Below are positions 8,370-21,414 of a stretch of DNA of 21,576 nucleotides, in pieces. Position 1 is the stretch's first letter. The number at the start of each line of letters is the position of its first letter. Both the position numbers and the translations under genes were made by a program. Source of the stretch: Piromyces finnis finn (lineage: Eukaryota > Fungi > Neocallimastigomycota); the NCBI GenBank assembly GCA_002104945.1, contig MCFH01000170.1, forward strand, positions 1-21,576, written 5' to 3'. The notes under the pieces are model-generated. The model made no database searches. It was not told the DNA's origin and saw only the letters and a list, made by a program, of their open reading frames with translations.

Positions 8370-10261
8370 ATGTAATTAATTCTCATTATAATATTATGTA
8401 TTTTTCTTATGATGCATACATTAATTCTAATATTAATAAAGAATAAAAAAAAATATTAATATTAATAAAGATATTATATATAAATACAGATATTTAAATT
8501 AAATTTAAATTTTATTGTATAAATTTGTTTTATAATTCTATTTTATTTTATTTTTTTTTTAAAAAAAAGGTTTTAATAAGATTTTTTAAAATATAAATTC
8601 AATATAAAATGATATAATAAAAATATCAATAATTTATGAAAATGTATATTCCATTTAACCATAATTTATAAAATGCATAATCCATTTGGTAAAAAGAAAA
8701 GAAATATATATATTTTAAATTCATATATATACATTTTATTAATATATATATTTAATATCTAAGAGAAAACCTACTTAAAATGTATTAGTAATGACTTATT
8801 CCTTATTGATTATTAAACATTATTTTAATTAAGTAAAAATTATCGTTTTATAATATTTAATTCTATTTTAAATATTATATATATGAAGTAGAAACTATAA
8901 AAAAAATAAATATAAAAATAAGAACAATTTAATATTAAATTTAATAAAATAATAACAAGGTTTTATTAGTGTAAATTAATGATTAATAAATAATAATATT
9001 AAATGTTTATATATAAATTTTCTTATAATAAATCAAATTATTTAAGTCAAAAAATCATTATTTTATATTTATAATTTTCCATTTTATTATTAAACCATTA
9101 TATATTTGTTAAATAAATATTTTATATTTAAAACTAATTTATAAATTATATATATTTATATTTGTAAAATTGCATATATATGTTTATAACATCTAAATAG
9201 TTTAATTCATAGTATATAAAAATATTATATGAATATTTTATATATTTTATTATAATATAGTTTATTTTTTTCTTAAAAAAAAAATAATTTGAAATATAAA
9301 TATATTTTTTATTTTTTTTTTGAATTAAAATTAAATAGTGGAACAAAATCCGCAAGTATTATTTAATATCTAAAAAAAATAATTAATTAATGAATGACAT
9401 CATATTTTATAAATATGGTATATTAATTTCATTTAAAGTAATAAAAATTTTCAAAGTGTTGTAATATCATTAAAAATCAGTATAAAAAATCATGCACATA
9501 TATACCATAAATAGTAAATTTTATGTTAAAAATTAATTATTAAAAAACAATTGATTTAATAAATTTATGGAATAAAAATAGTTAAAACGTTTTCATTATT
9601 TTTTTTAAAAGCATAAAAATTATTCATAAAATATTAAATATTAAAATTTAAAATTTATATTTTTTTACATTGAATATTTGAATAAAAAAAAAAAAGCATT
9701 CCCTTAAACTAATTTAAATAAAAATTTGTCTTTTTTAAAAAAAAAATAAACATGATGTTTTATCGTTAATTTTATTTTAATAATATTAAAAGCATGATAA
9801 TTATATAATCTGGATAACCACAAACCGTTATATATTTAATTTTTGGGGTTTTAAAAAAGTATTGTTATAAATACTTTTTTTTCTTTCTAACTTTTTTTAT
9901 TTTTTAATAGATTTTATTTTAACCACTCTAAAAAAGTATTTATTTTTTATTAAATTATTTTTTATTAATTTTATAATTAACTAGATTTTTTTATTCTAAA
10001 TCTATATAATTCTAAATATTAATAGTTTAAATATATTTTTATATTCTATAGATTAAAAATAATAATTATGTTTCTTAAAGTTTATACAAACACTCTAAAA
10101 AATACTAATTAAAATTTTTATTGAATAAATATTATTTATTTATTTTTATTTTTATTTATTGTATTTTATTTAATACCGTTTAGTGTATTACTTTTGTTAT
10201 GTATTGTATTGTTTATTTTTTTTTATTTTGTAATTTAGTTTTATTTGCTATTGCGATTAGT

Positions 10262-13200
10262 TTAGTTATTAGTTGGTTCGAGAGGTTCTTCAGTCCAGAG
10301 GTTGAAGTAGAAGAGTTGAGTTGTATCGAATTCATTACATTCAGTCATCACTAAACTGGAAGAATCAGCTAAAGCAATACATTGATCTGGTGTAATTGGT
10401 GATTTGATAAAGTTGCCATCACGATAGAAATCAGTACCAGTTTCACCACATTTACCTAAAACTAAAGAACTGTTATCAGAAAGCATGATACAGTGACTAA
10501 TATCAACTTCAAGTGGAAATTACCATTATGTGTGTATGGAATATCCCAGAGAGAGTATGTAGAGTAATCACATTCAGCTAATGTAATTGATGAATCGAGA
10601 ACACCAGAAGAGTGTACACATTTGTTGGTATCTGCGTTGTACAAGTAATAAGTTTCAGTGTTAGGAAGTGGAGTGAGTGTAGCGAATGTGGTTTCAGAAC
10701 CAAGTATACCACACCATAAATTATTTTCGATACCCCATTGACCATATTCATCAGTAGTAACAACATCAGCATTTGGATCAGAGCAACATGGATAACCTAA
10801 AACCTCAGAAAAGCAGACGGTGCTTGGTGTTGGATTATGGTCCCAGTTGTAGAACTTTTCATCATCGTTTTTAGCACAAGTGTTCAAGTTCATTTTAATT
10901 TCATCTTTATACATATCTTCAGCATTAAGAATTCCTACGCATTTGTCGCTAGATTCAATCAATCCTAAGAATCCATCATTACCATGGACCATCTTTGCTT
11001 GGTCATCACATTTACCTAATTCGAGTGAACCTGTATCAACATCAGCAACACGTAAACAATAATCTGGATGTGCCATAGAGTAGAAGTATCCTTTACGTGA
11101 ATTCAATACCATCCACTTGGAATAATCAGAATCATCACAAGCTTTAACGGTGATTGGCTTATTTGGTTTTTGTGGAGCATATAAACACTTGTTGGTATAG
11201 GCATGATAGAACCAGTATACACTATGTCCAGGTTTAACAGTAGCACTTGGTTTGCTGTTTGTTGGAGTAGAAGAAGGTTCAACAGTAGTTGTAGTAGATT
11301 CAGCCATAAGACACCAATTGTTATTTTCAGAACCCCAATTGCCTTCATCATCAGTGTATATAACTTCAGTAATTTCAGGAGAACAGCATGGATAACCAGC
11401 TTTAGAGTGACATTCAGAGGTAGGTTCAGGAGTAGATGTTGAAACTGTAGTAGTGGTATACTTAGGTACAATAATGATTTCGCGCTCAGCTTCAAACTCT
11501 GGATTCTTTGTAATCACTTCCTCAATAGAATCAACAATCTTACCATTCCATCTTTCAATGTACCACTCAGAATATTCATCTTTACTTGTTTCAAATTTCA
11601 AGCCGCTACTATTTTTAGTTTTGCCGTTCAAACAAATTTCTGGATCTACACTGTTCTTGAGGCAAATGTATTTGTTGTCAACTATTTTAAAGTGAATATG
11701 ATGGTTAATTGTTTCATCAGGTTTGCTACAATCAAACATTCTTGGATCTTGAGAATTCATAGCATACATGCATTTACCAGTAGCATTTAAAACCAATGTT
11801 TCATTGTCATAAGTCCATATACTATGATTACAATCACCCATCAAAAGAACACTAGTATCTGAATGTAAATTGGTAATAAGACATTCTTGAGTTTTTCTAT
11901 TCTTAATACGGAAACTATAATCTAATTTAGCTTCACCATACCGCACCATTCGCCATCTTCAACACCCCATTTATTACCATTATCATCAGTATATTGAACT
12001 TCAGGATTTACTGAAGAACAACATGGATAACCATCATCCAAAATACCAAAGGAACATCTGTCATAACCAATACCACACAATTTACCATTTTCTATACCCC
12101 AATTACCAAATTCATCAATATATTCGACTTTAGTGTTTTGATCATAACAACATTTGTATCCAAGTTCCGAAAATATAGATGAACAAGTTAAATGTTCATA
12201 TCTTGGAGATTCTAAAGCACTGGGATTAATAGTAAACTTACCTCCTAAACATTTTGAATTATCAAGTTGTGAGCAGAACTTACCATTCTTTATGATGAAT
12301 TTTTCATATTTATTATTATCTTCACAATAATCCATATATAAATTTTCACCATTAAGATTCAAACATTTAGCATCATAGGATGATACAATAAAATATACTT
12401 GACCATTTTGTCTAATAAACCATTTATTCTTTTTGTTATTAACACATTTATAATTAGTTTTAATTAATTCTTGTGATTGACCCTGATTGTTAATTATTGT
12501 TTTACGTTGAAGGCAAGCTGGAATATCATCATTTCCTGATGATATTTGTATATAATAGTACAAATCGGTATAAATTGAATAATCACCAACTTGAATTTCA
12601 TTATTTTGTAATTCACCTCTCTTACTTAATACATAATTACTACTATCACGAATTTTGCGTGTTAAATGAACATCTGGAAAATCTAAAATCATCCATTGAT
12701 TGTGTATTTTTGGATTATTATTATTAAAATATTCAACCAATTTTTTATTTATACTACTAGCATGTGTATAAACACTACTAAAAACTTCCCACACAGCCTG
12801 TATATTCATAAAATTTATAGTAAGTACATCATTATTATTTCTATCATAAAACATAGTAGTATTAGCATGATCCTTCCATAAATATTAAAAATATCCTTAT
12901 TTTTATCCCATGTTGTTAGTATATTATGATCTAACATATCTTTAATAATAGACCATTTTTCATTAACCCTGCATTGTAATTATCTTGTACAAGATAATTA
13001 TTACCATAATCTGAAATCTTTATTCTTGGAAAACATCCTTCATGGAAATTATTAACAAAATTAACAACATTACTGTTATATAGTGAAGGCCTACGAATTT
13101 CGCTAACTTCTGTTGCTGGATATGTAAAATTCATATAACTAACCCATGAAAGATCATCACAAGAACCCATTCCTGGAATATCTATTTTTTTGCCTATTTG

Positions 13201-14271
13201 AATTGTCTGATTATTTTTTGTATATTTGTAATCTCCACGTGTATAAATAATTATTGTACCTCTTGCTTTTCCAAGAGTTGGAAATAACTCATTACTTTTA
13301 TTATCTTGATAAAAATAATCTTTATAAAATTTTTCATATGGTCTATCAGAATTATTTATACTAAGATTAGCAATTGCTTCATAAAATTCTTCCTCTTTTA
13401 AATCACCTTTTTCTTTCATACTACCATCTTTGTTATACTTATGGAAATGACAATTATCACATTTTAAATGCATAATAACAGTTTCACTTGGATTATAATG
13501 TAAAAAATTAATAGCTTCATCAAATACATTACTTAAATAGTACAAATCATTAGTTTTTTTATTAATACAATCAAATTTATCGTGAGTAAGATATATTTGT
13601 TTTTTTGGATTAGTTTCAAGTCTTATATCTAAATATCTAATTCCATGCATTAATTGTTGATATATATCTAAAGATTGAGTTCTTCCCCATTGTCTTCTAA
13701 AGCCATTTATAATAGGAAAAGAATGCCAATCTACAGCATATGTTCCACTATCATGAGTACCAGGAATATTAATTTGATTGATCCTTGTATTATTAAGATA
13801 TTTACTCATCCAATTAGAATCACTGTCTGCATAAGTAAAATCACACCATCCATATTCAGTTAAAGCACGGTTATACTCAACATCAATATCATAAACAAGG
13901 ACATTTGGTTGTAGTTTTATTTTTTTAGTACTCGTTGTTTCACCACCGTTACTTGTATAATAACAAAATCCTTCTTTAATATTAACTCTACCTTTGAACT
14001 GACATTGATCAGGATCTACTCTAGTAGATTGACCAAATTCACCATCTACTTTTTCAGTTTTATAATAACAACCATATATATCATCACTAATTCTCAAAAA
14101 TCCTTTATCTCTTTTTGTACATATGTACGTTTTTGAACAATCTTTAAGGCTAAATAAATATGCTTCTTTATCAACATTATCTAATTCAAAATATTTACCT
14201 TCATCTTTGGCACTTAATACATATTTAATTGATATAAATAAAGTATTAATAAATAATAATGTTAATTTCAT
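10262..14271 (-). CDS. Secreted PI-PLC X-domain protein with ricin-B lectin domains and four fungal dockerin (CBM10-like) domains, ~1330 aa; one gene split by about four 1-nt frameshifts
   Basis: Signal peptide MKLTLLFINTLFISIKYVLSA. PI-PLC motifs WMS, INIPGTHDSGTY, TQ..IYQQLMHGIRYLDIRL, YLTHD, ETVIMHLK, QDNYN, INFMN, ILDFPD. Dockerins GY.CC...YTD..G.WG.E....CG at ~12066-12185, 11941-12056, 11304-11413 and 10700-10818. Ricin-type KCL..C..W repeats lie between them. Junctions re-read in frame with single indels at ~12965, ~12875, ~11940 (WCGIGEAKLDY) and ~10508 (VDISHCIMLSD). Confidence 0.88.
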
Positions 14272-14501
14272 TTTACTTTTATCACTATAAATATTATAAT
14301 TATATAACTTGAAAATTGTGGAAAATTCAAAATTTGCAAATATAAATAATTATGTTTATTATTATAATATTTGTAGAATAAATATTAACAATAAAAAATC
14401 ATTTTAAAAAAAATATTTAAAATATAAAATATTTGTAATATAATTTTAAAAAAAAAAAATCATTATAAGAATCTTTATCATTACCATTAAAATTGTATAA
14501 T

Positions 14502-15239
14502 TTATTTTTTAACATTAGTATTATTATTTTTTTTGTAACATTTTACAAAACAACAACAACAACAAATTATTATTAAAATAAAAATTATTCCCGCTATAAT
14601 ACCTAAATTTACAAATGCTCTAGTTAAACGATAATCAGTTGGTATATATTGAATTTTATGACATGTTCCATTATAACAAGCTTTAAACGAACAATCTATA
14701 TCTTTTGTACAAGACTCACCAACCATTAGACCACAATAAATATCACTATTACTTTCAGAAAATAAAGTAGTTTCTGTATAAATAGTATCACAACTTTCAA
14801 CATTTGCATTCACATTATATGTACAAGTATTATTAAAACATTTATTTGAAAAACATTGAGTATCAGTTTTACAATCAGTAGAGACATCAATAATTTTATT
14901 ATTATTAGATTCAATATAATCACTTATTTTTTCCTCATAATTATATACATAAGGAATCATAATATATTTATGAATATAACCATTTTTATCTGGAAATTCA
15001 ATAAATGGTTTAATATTAGAAGGTTCTACACATACACATACATTATCTTTACAATAAGCTGACAAATCAGAACGACATATTTTATAATTTGATTCGTTTT
15101 TAACCCAACTTGTAGTATTGTCAAAACGACTAATAAGTTCATCTGGAATATTGGTAGATTCAATACTTACAGTACGAGTATAACTACATTGAAGAAATAA
15201 TATGTAATATATACTTAATAATAAGATGAAATTTTTCAT
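14502..15239 (-). CDS. 245 aa Cys-rich type I membrane protein
   Basis: Intact ORF. N-terminal signal peptide. Two C..D..C.S..C....C modules (CKTDTQCFSNKCFNNTC, CTKDIDCSFKACYNGTC). TM helix LGIIAGIIFILIII, then CCCCC and a basic tail. Confidence 0.85.
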   Translation of the reverse strand: MKNFILLLSIYYILFLQCSYTRTVSIESTNIPDELISRFDNTTSWVKNESNYKICRSDLSAYCKDNVCVCVEPSNIKPFIEFPDKNGYIHKYIMIPYVYNYEEKISDYIESNNNKIIDVSTDCKTDTQCFSNKCFNNTCTYNVNANVESCDTIYTETTLFSESNSDIYCGLMVGESCTKDIDCSFKACYNGTCHKIQYIPTDYRLTRAFVNLGIIAGIIFILIIICCCCCFVKCYKKNNNTNVKK

Positions 15240-17344
15240 TATAAATTATTTTATAAATTTTTTTATAAAATAAAATTTAAATTGTAATATCTATTATTTT
15301 ATTTGTTTTAATTTAAAATAATTATTTTTGAATTTTATTTATAATTTATTACATTTATTATTTTATTTTTGAAAATCATTTTAATAGTATTAAAAATATT
15401 TTAAAGTGTTTTAATTTATTTATTTTTTTTTAATTTTAAATTTATAAAAAATAAATGGTAGGATTGGTTCATTTCTAATATTTTAAATGATAATTCGTTG
15501 TTTTTTTAAAATAAAAAATAAAATGATTTGTTAGAAATTGAAATTATCTTGAATCCGTTTTATATCATTAAAATTGACACCAACCAATGATTATTCAGAA
15601 AAATAAATTAAAATACATTACATTATTATATATAAATATTATATATTATAAATAGAGAATATATCATATTAATATTTTAAGACAAAATTTATTTAATTTC
15701 AAAAAAAAAAACGTTATAATAAAAGATAGTTGAATAAAAATAAGACCCGTTATTTAAATAATTATATTTATATATGTTCTATTATATATTTTATCATTTA
15801 TTCTATTAGAATATTCTTTATCTTTAAAATTTTTGAAAATTAAAAATATTTAAAAATTTTAATAGTAATAAAATTTGGTTAAATTAATTAATCCAAAATT
15901 TTTATGGTACATTTAAAAATCATATTTTAAAAAAATATACTTACATATGTTGTATATTAATATTTTCATGTTGATTGTTATGTTTTATTAATAATTTTTA
16001 TTATCTTTATTTTCTTTTTAAATCAAAGAAACATAATTTCTGTTTTATTTTGTTAATCATAAATAATTAAAAACATAAAATGATTATAAAACTTTATCTT
16101 ATAAATTATGAATTTAGGGATTCCAATTTATATACGAATATATCATTAAATACGTTTCTATATTTTACTTTGACAAATTATTTATATGAAATGAAAAAAG
16201 TATATAGATAAAAAATTTAAATTAATAATATTAGATAATTTAAATAATAACATTTAAAAAATAATCATTGTTATTTTAATTTTATAATATTTATATAAAT
16301 TAATAAAAATAAATATTTGATACATAATTATAGATTTAATGGGGTAATATATAATTTATACAAAATAAAAATCTATATAAACGGAATTTTAAATATATTA
16401 TTTTTATTTGTATATACAATGTAAAGTTATAATAATTATTTGAAGCATTCTATTTTTTTTTTTAAAAAAAAACATATTTATAACATTAAATGAATAAATA
16501 AAGATATTACATATTATCTGTATATATTGCATCAAATTTTAAAACAGATATAATAATCTATTTTAATATAATTAATCCAGAACTATTTCTTATTTATAAA
16601 TAAAATATAAGATTTTAATAATGTAAATCTTTATATAATAAATAATTATAATTTTATATAATATTATTATATAATTTTCATAAAAAATAGTATTAAAATT
16701 ACTAAAAATTATTTAATATGTAAAATAATTAATTAAAATATTTTTAATAAATAATCAATTAATAAGTATAAATAAGTTGAACAAAGAACGATTTTAAGAA
16801 GTTCTTTGTGAGATTATTAATACTCATTTTTATATAGTAAATTCAATATTTAAAAATTAATAATTATTATTTATATATTATAAAAAGCTGAATAAAATAA
16901 TTCTTTAAAAACTATATTTATTATTCCTTATCTTAACACTTACTTTACTATATAATTAAGCCTATCCTAACCTAGTAGACTTAATTATAAACTTAAATCC
17001 ACTTAGATTCTTGACAAAAAAAATTTGATTTCTGGACAACTAGAAAATAAAAGGTTATATATATTTTTGAATGTAAGAATTAATAATTATTTTTTGTATA
17101 AATTAATTCTTATTTAATTATTTTTTAATTATTAAATTAATTATTTATTTAAACTATTAGCATACATTCATTTAAATTACTATAAACATTTATCTATATT
17201 GATATTAATTATTCATTTACTTAATTTAAAATTTATTTAATTACTATATTAATTATTTATTTATTTAATTTAGTAATATATTTAAAATAATAGTAAACAT
17301 TCATTTATTTTTTAATTAATAATTTTTGTATTACATTTTATAAG

Positions 17345-17503
17345 TGTTAGAATATGTGTAACGTGATAAGTTTATAAATACTATGTAATATGTGTCAAAC
17401 ACATTGAAATTTATTTGTACTACATTAAATACATAAGCCATAATTGTAAATCATATAATACATGTAATTTCACATAATGTAAACATTAGAGTCTTTAGAA
17501 CAA
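17345..17503 (+). repeat. 5' LTR-like repeat (extent matched within the window; true 3' end not defined)
   Basis: Starts TGTTAG and matches 21415-21576 with five 1-nt indels and one substitution. Homology starts exactly at the TG. Confidence 0.85.
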
Positions 17504-18456
17504 ATATCCTCATGTAATTCTTAATAATAAAATACATTAATAAAGTTGACATATTCATAAAACCCAATTAACCAAAATGTTAATAGATTAAGAGTCTCAA
17601 TTGCCCTCAGTTCTCAACTAGCTCTCATATGCTCTCATGGTACTACTAATATAAAACTTTAAAAGGACTTAATAAAATGGAAACTCCCAGCCGGACAAAA
17701 TAGAAGAAAGAAAATACTAACTTATAATAAAAGCTACCTCTAGTCAACTTTAAAGAAAAACTAATATCAAAAATTAGAAGACTCTCAATACCTTTAAATT
17801 AAAACTATCATTCCAATACTTAGCCAAAACATCAATTAGAAGAATATGACTGATATAATTACCACCATACCAAAATTCAGAAAATGAAAAATTAAAATTT
17901 ACAAAAATTTTGAAATCTCAAATTGAAATTTGAATTCTAAATTGAAATGTCAATATAAAATTGAAATTATGAAGTGACAAATGAACAATAAAAATGAAAG
18001 AAAATCACTACTTGTTAAAATAAAGTTTCCTTACACTAAAAAATATAGATAATTTTATATTCCGAAAATAAATTATTCTAAAATTGAATTTTGAATTTTA
18101 TACTTTTAATTTAAAATTTAAAAATAAACCAAAGGAAATTAAATTCAAATAACCTTAGAACAATTTTAGTTCAATTTATTTAGAATGTTAACAATACTTA
18201 TTTAAAACATAAAACATGAAACTAAGAAAATTATTTAGTTCTGAAACTATTTTAAAATTATCAATGTTAAATATTAATATAAAGTTAATAATTTAAAATC
18301 CTAAAATATATACCATAAATATATAGAAGAAAACAAATATTAATCTTAAACTACTTTATTTCGTCAAATCCGTATAAATTGTTAACAAAGCAACAATTGT
18401 TTTATTATTTACCCATCTTAATTAAAATTTATATTTTATTATAATTTCATTAAATA

Positions 18457-19899
18457 ATGAAACTAATAATAACATATACAATTTAATTCAAATATTTCAA
18501 ATATTTTTAATTCTACCGACAACATTTGCTTTAAATGAACTATGTAATTTTAATGGAAACTACGGTGTTTGTGTAGACATAAATGATTGCAAATTGGTAG
18601 ATAAACAAGAAGGAATAGCAGTTCCTAACCAAATCTTTGCAATGGTGATAAAAACATTCAGTGTTGTATTAAAGTTGTTTCTACTCTCAGAAATGGTAAT
18701 TCACTCTCAATATCTGAAATTGTAAATACTCATATTTTTGTCCTAATAATTATAGACAATATTATAATGAATGCCCAGGAGATAGGTATAATACATTGTG
18801 TGTATCAAATGAATCAATAGAAGAAAAATCATATTTTTTTGCTGTAGGATCAAAAGAAATAGAATTTATTAAAGATATTAAAGAAGGAAATAAAAAATAC
18901 TTTTTAGATGAAATCCCAAAGTATAAAGCATATTATGAAAAGTTTAGATTTACTGAAGACGAAATAATTTCATATGCCAACACTGCATTGGATTATTTAA
19001 AAACAAGTTATCTTTTCACAAATACATAAATATTATGAACCTTAAACATATTGGTATTTATTTAGGATCTAAAGAGAAAGGAAGACTTTTTGAATTCGAT
19101 AATAATGGATGGCATGTTAAAGATTATACTATGGAAAAACTTGATGGACCATAATGATCCAAACAAATGGAATTGGACTCACTTCAAGGAATTCAGGGGA
19201 TATACAAGGGTTTCTCCAGAAAGCCTTGAAGACTCATTAAATGATTATAAAGAAGTCAATCGTTACTTTAATAATAAATCATATAATCTTTTTTGTAACA
19301 ATTGCCATGATTTTGTAAAATGGTGTTTAGAGATTATTACTATGGGTAAACGTCTTGTAGAACCAGAATCCATTAATATTATAAAAGACAATTTACATTT
19401 AATACAAATGAAATTGACAATAAAAAAGCAGCCGAAAATATAAATACTATTATTAGTGATATACATAAAAAATTTCGTGCAAAAGGAAGTGGTGTAATAG
19501 ATATTTTAAAGGTAGAATTAATTTACTATTTCCTTGTAAACATAGGATTTAAAAATAACGAACATCATAAATATTAAATATAATGATCATGAAATATGCG
19601 CTGGATTGGATTATATAAATCTTCTTAGAGAAAAGAATTACAATGACGTTTGTAAAAGCTATGATTATAGTGGACTTATAAATTCTAAAGCCACTATTAA
19701 TGGTAAATTTATCACATCAAGTGAAAACTTTTCTAATTTTATTTTCGACAACGATTTATGTTTAGAATTAAATTCTAGCGATATAGTTGATAAATCCGAT
19801 GATATCAATGGAACTGAAAACTTTAATGATATTACTTTCACAAACATTTTTATTATATTTACATCAGTCATATTCTTGGAATTATTCAATTTATACTAG
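18457..19899 (+). pseudogene. Frameshifted gene: signal peptide, Cys-rich module, permuted NlpC/P60 (LRAT/PPPDE-like) domain, hydrophobic C-terminus
   Basis: MKLIITYT/LIQIFQIFLILPTTFA then LNELCNFNGNYGVCVDINDCK..LCNGDKNIQCCIK..NCKYSYFCP..CPGDRYNTLC. His motif KHIGIYLG (His codon 19047). Cys motif YNLFCNNCHDFVKWCL (catalytic Cys codon 19303). Ends ITFTNIFIIFTSVIFLELFNLY*. The four listed plus-strand fragments join through about 6-7 frame changes; linking the last one (19606-19899) is least certain. Confidence 0.7.
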
Positions 19900-20789
19900 A
19901 AATCCTTAATTTCGTCAACTTTATAATATAAAGCCATTATAATTTCTACACATATATATAATTTTTAAATATCATCTATTAATATACCACATTTCATAAA
20001 AATTACACTTAATGTATTTATAACACATAATCTAAATTCTAAATTCATTTGATTTTATTACATACATAATATACTTGATTACAAATTATATTTATCCTTA
20101 CATAACATTATTATTTGTAATATTCAAATTAAATCCTCATACATTGCACCAAGAAATACTTAATTCAACTACTTAGTTTGAAACATAAATAATTAAAATA
20201 TATATTAACAAATTATACATAACAAATTAATTCGAATATATTTAATAGTTACTGCTTTTCTACAAAGCGGATATTCGAAAGAGGATGTCATTTAATAAAT
20301 TTACATAATAAATAAAAAATGCTAATACAAAAATAGCATATATAAGATATTACAATAATAGTAATAATAAAAACAGACTCCTCATATACTTAATTACCTA
20401 TATGTTTCAACTACTATGATTTATACGCAACAATTATGAGTGCATTTAACTATTCAAATTACAAATCAAAATATTCTTAGAATAAAATATTTAGATTTGA
20501 GGGGAAGAATAACCACGATAGTTAAATATAAAACATATATTAACAACTAGTCAATAAATACAAATAGTTAGGATAATATAGTACGTCACGTAATTACTCA
20601 AAGAAATAATACAAGAAAACACAATAAGAAAAATTATCCAAAATAAACCAAATATTATAATACTACGAAAAACAATTAAAACACATAATTTACAACTTTA
20701 AGTTGATAATAAATTAATAACAAATATTTTACTAAAATGCTAAGTTTATAATCCATAATATAAAACATATAAAATAATACCCAAAATTA

Positions 20790-21102
20790 AGGTTTAAAGT
20801 TTTATCCTAAGAAAAAACGAAATATAATAGGTTTAAACAGTTTATCCAGAAAAACTAAGTATAAAAATCAAGTTTAATAAAATATAATTAAATGACGTAA
20901 AAACCAAAGAGTAGTCATAAATAATAAAGACGTAAAACTATGAGTAAACCAAAGTGTTGTCACAAACAATAAAGACGTAAAAACCCATGAGTAAACCTAA
21001 AGTGTTGTCATAATTAATAATAGGATGATGTAAAACCATAAAAGTATTCAATCCTTAAACATATAATAGGATGGTTGTAAATCCAAATGAGTATCCAATC
21101 CA
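20790..21102 (+). repeat. Two degenerate tandem-repeat arrays (~39 bp and ~35-53 bp units)
   Basis: aggtttaaa..tttatcc.agaaaaa at 20790 and 20829. gacgtaaaa at 20894, 20929 and 20974, gatgtaaaa at 21027. atgagtaaacc(t)aaagtgttgtca twice. taataggatg twice. Confidence 0.8.
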
Positions 21103-21406
21103 AATAATTATTTTAAACTTGAATTATTAAAATTACATATTTTAAAGTTTAGTTGTTTTATCCACTAAAAAAGCAATATATAATATAACACATAAATATG
21201 GGTAAATAATATAATTCTTGTAATTATATAAATTCAGGATATATCTAGCAAAATAGTAATAATATAGTTTAATCATTTAGAAATCAATCCATTAAAATGG
21301 TGAATTAAAATTTTAATAGTATAAAATAGTTAGATAATATAGAACATAATAATAGTAGCACATATTCACCAGTAAACCAAATTATTCCTGAAGAATAATT
21401 AGGTTT

Positions 21407-21414
21407 AAGGGGAA
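21407..21414 (+). other. Polypurine tract (plus-strand primer site)
   Basis: ttt-aaggggaa directly abuts the TG of the 3' repeat. Confidence 0.7.

Noticed and set aside
8153-8386. 77 aa minus-strand ORF
   Set aside because: Antisense shadow of the plus-strand zinc-finger gene's C-terminus.
9146-9355. 69 aa I/Y/K/N-rich ORF
   Set aside because: Low-complexity product of extremely AT-rich intergenic DNA with a non-ATG start.
10578-15062. Small overlapping ORFs (10578, 10880, 11103, 11203, 11453, 12497, 12696, 13675, 14856)
   Set aside because: Alternative-frame or antisense shadows of the PI-PLC/dockerin and membrane-protein genes. 12696-12881 partly reflects the frameshifted junction.
16961-16974. 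cctatcctaaccta as a telomere repeat
   Set aside because: Only two degenerate units and internal to the sequence.
17504-17660. tRNA primer-binding site and 5' LTR end
   Set aside because: No clear CA-TGG junction complementary to a tRNA 3' end that I can support (catggtactac at ~17636 is unconvincing). The LTR end is left undefined.
19512-19545. GT..AG segment whose removal restores the frame in the cargo gene
   Set aside because: At 34 nt it is very short for a spliceosomal intron, and a single indel explains the frame equally well.
19263-19889. Minus-strand ORFs 19263-19466 and 19665-19889
   Set aside because: Antisense to the NlpC/P60-like gene, with no motifs.
20894-21102. CRISPR-like array
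   Set aside because: Eukaryotic context, degenerate units, no unique constant-length spacers and no cas genes.
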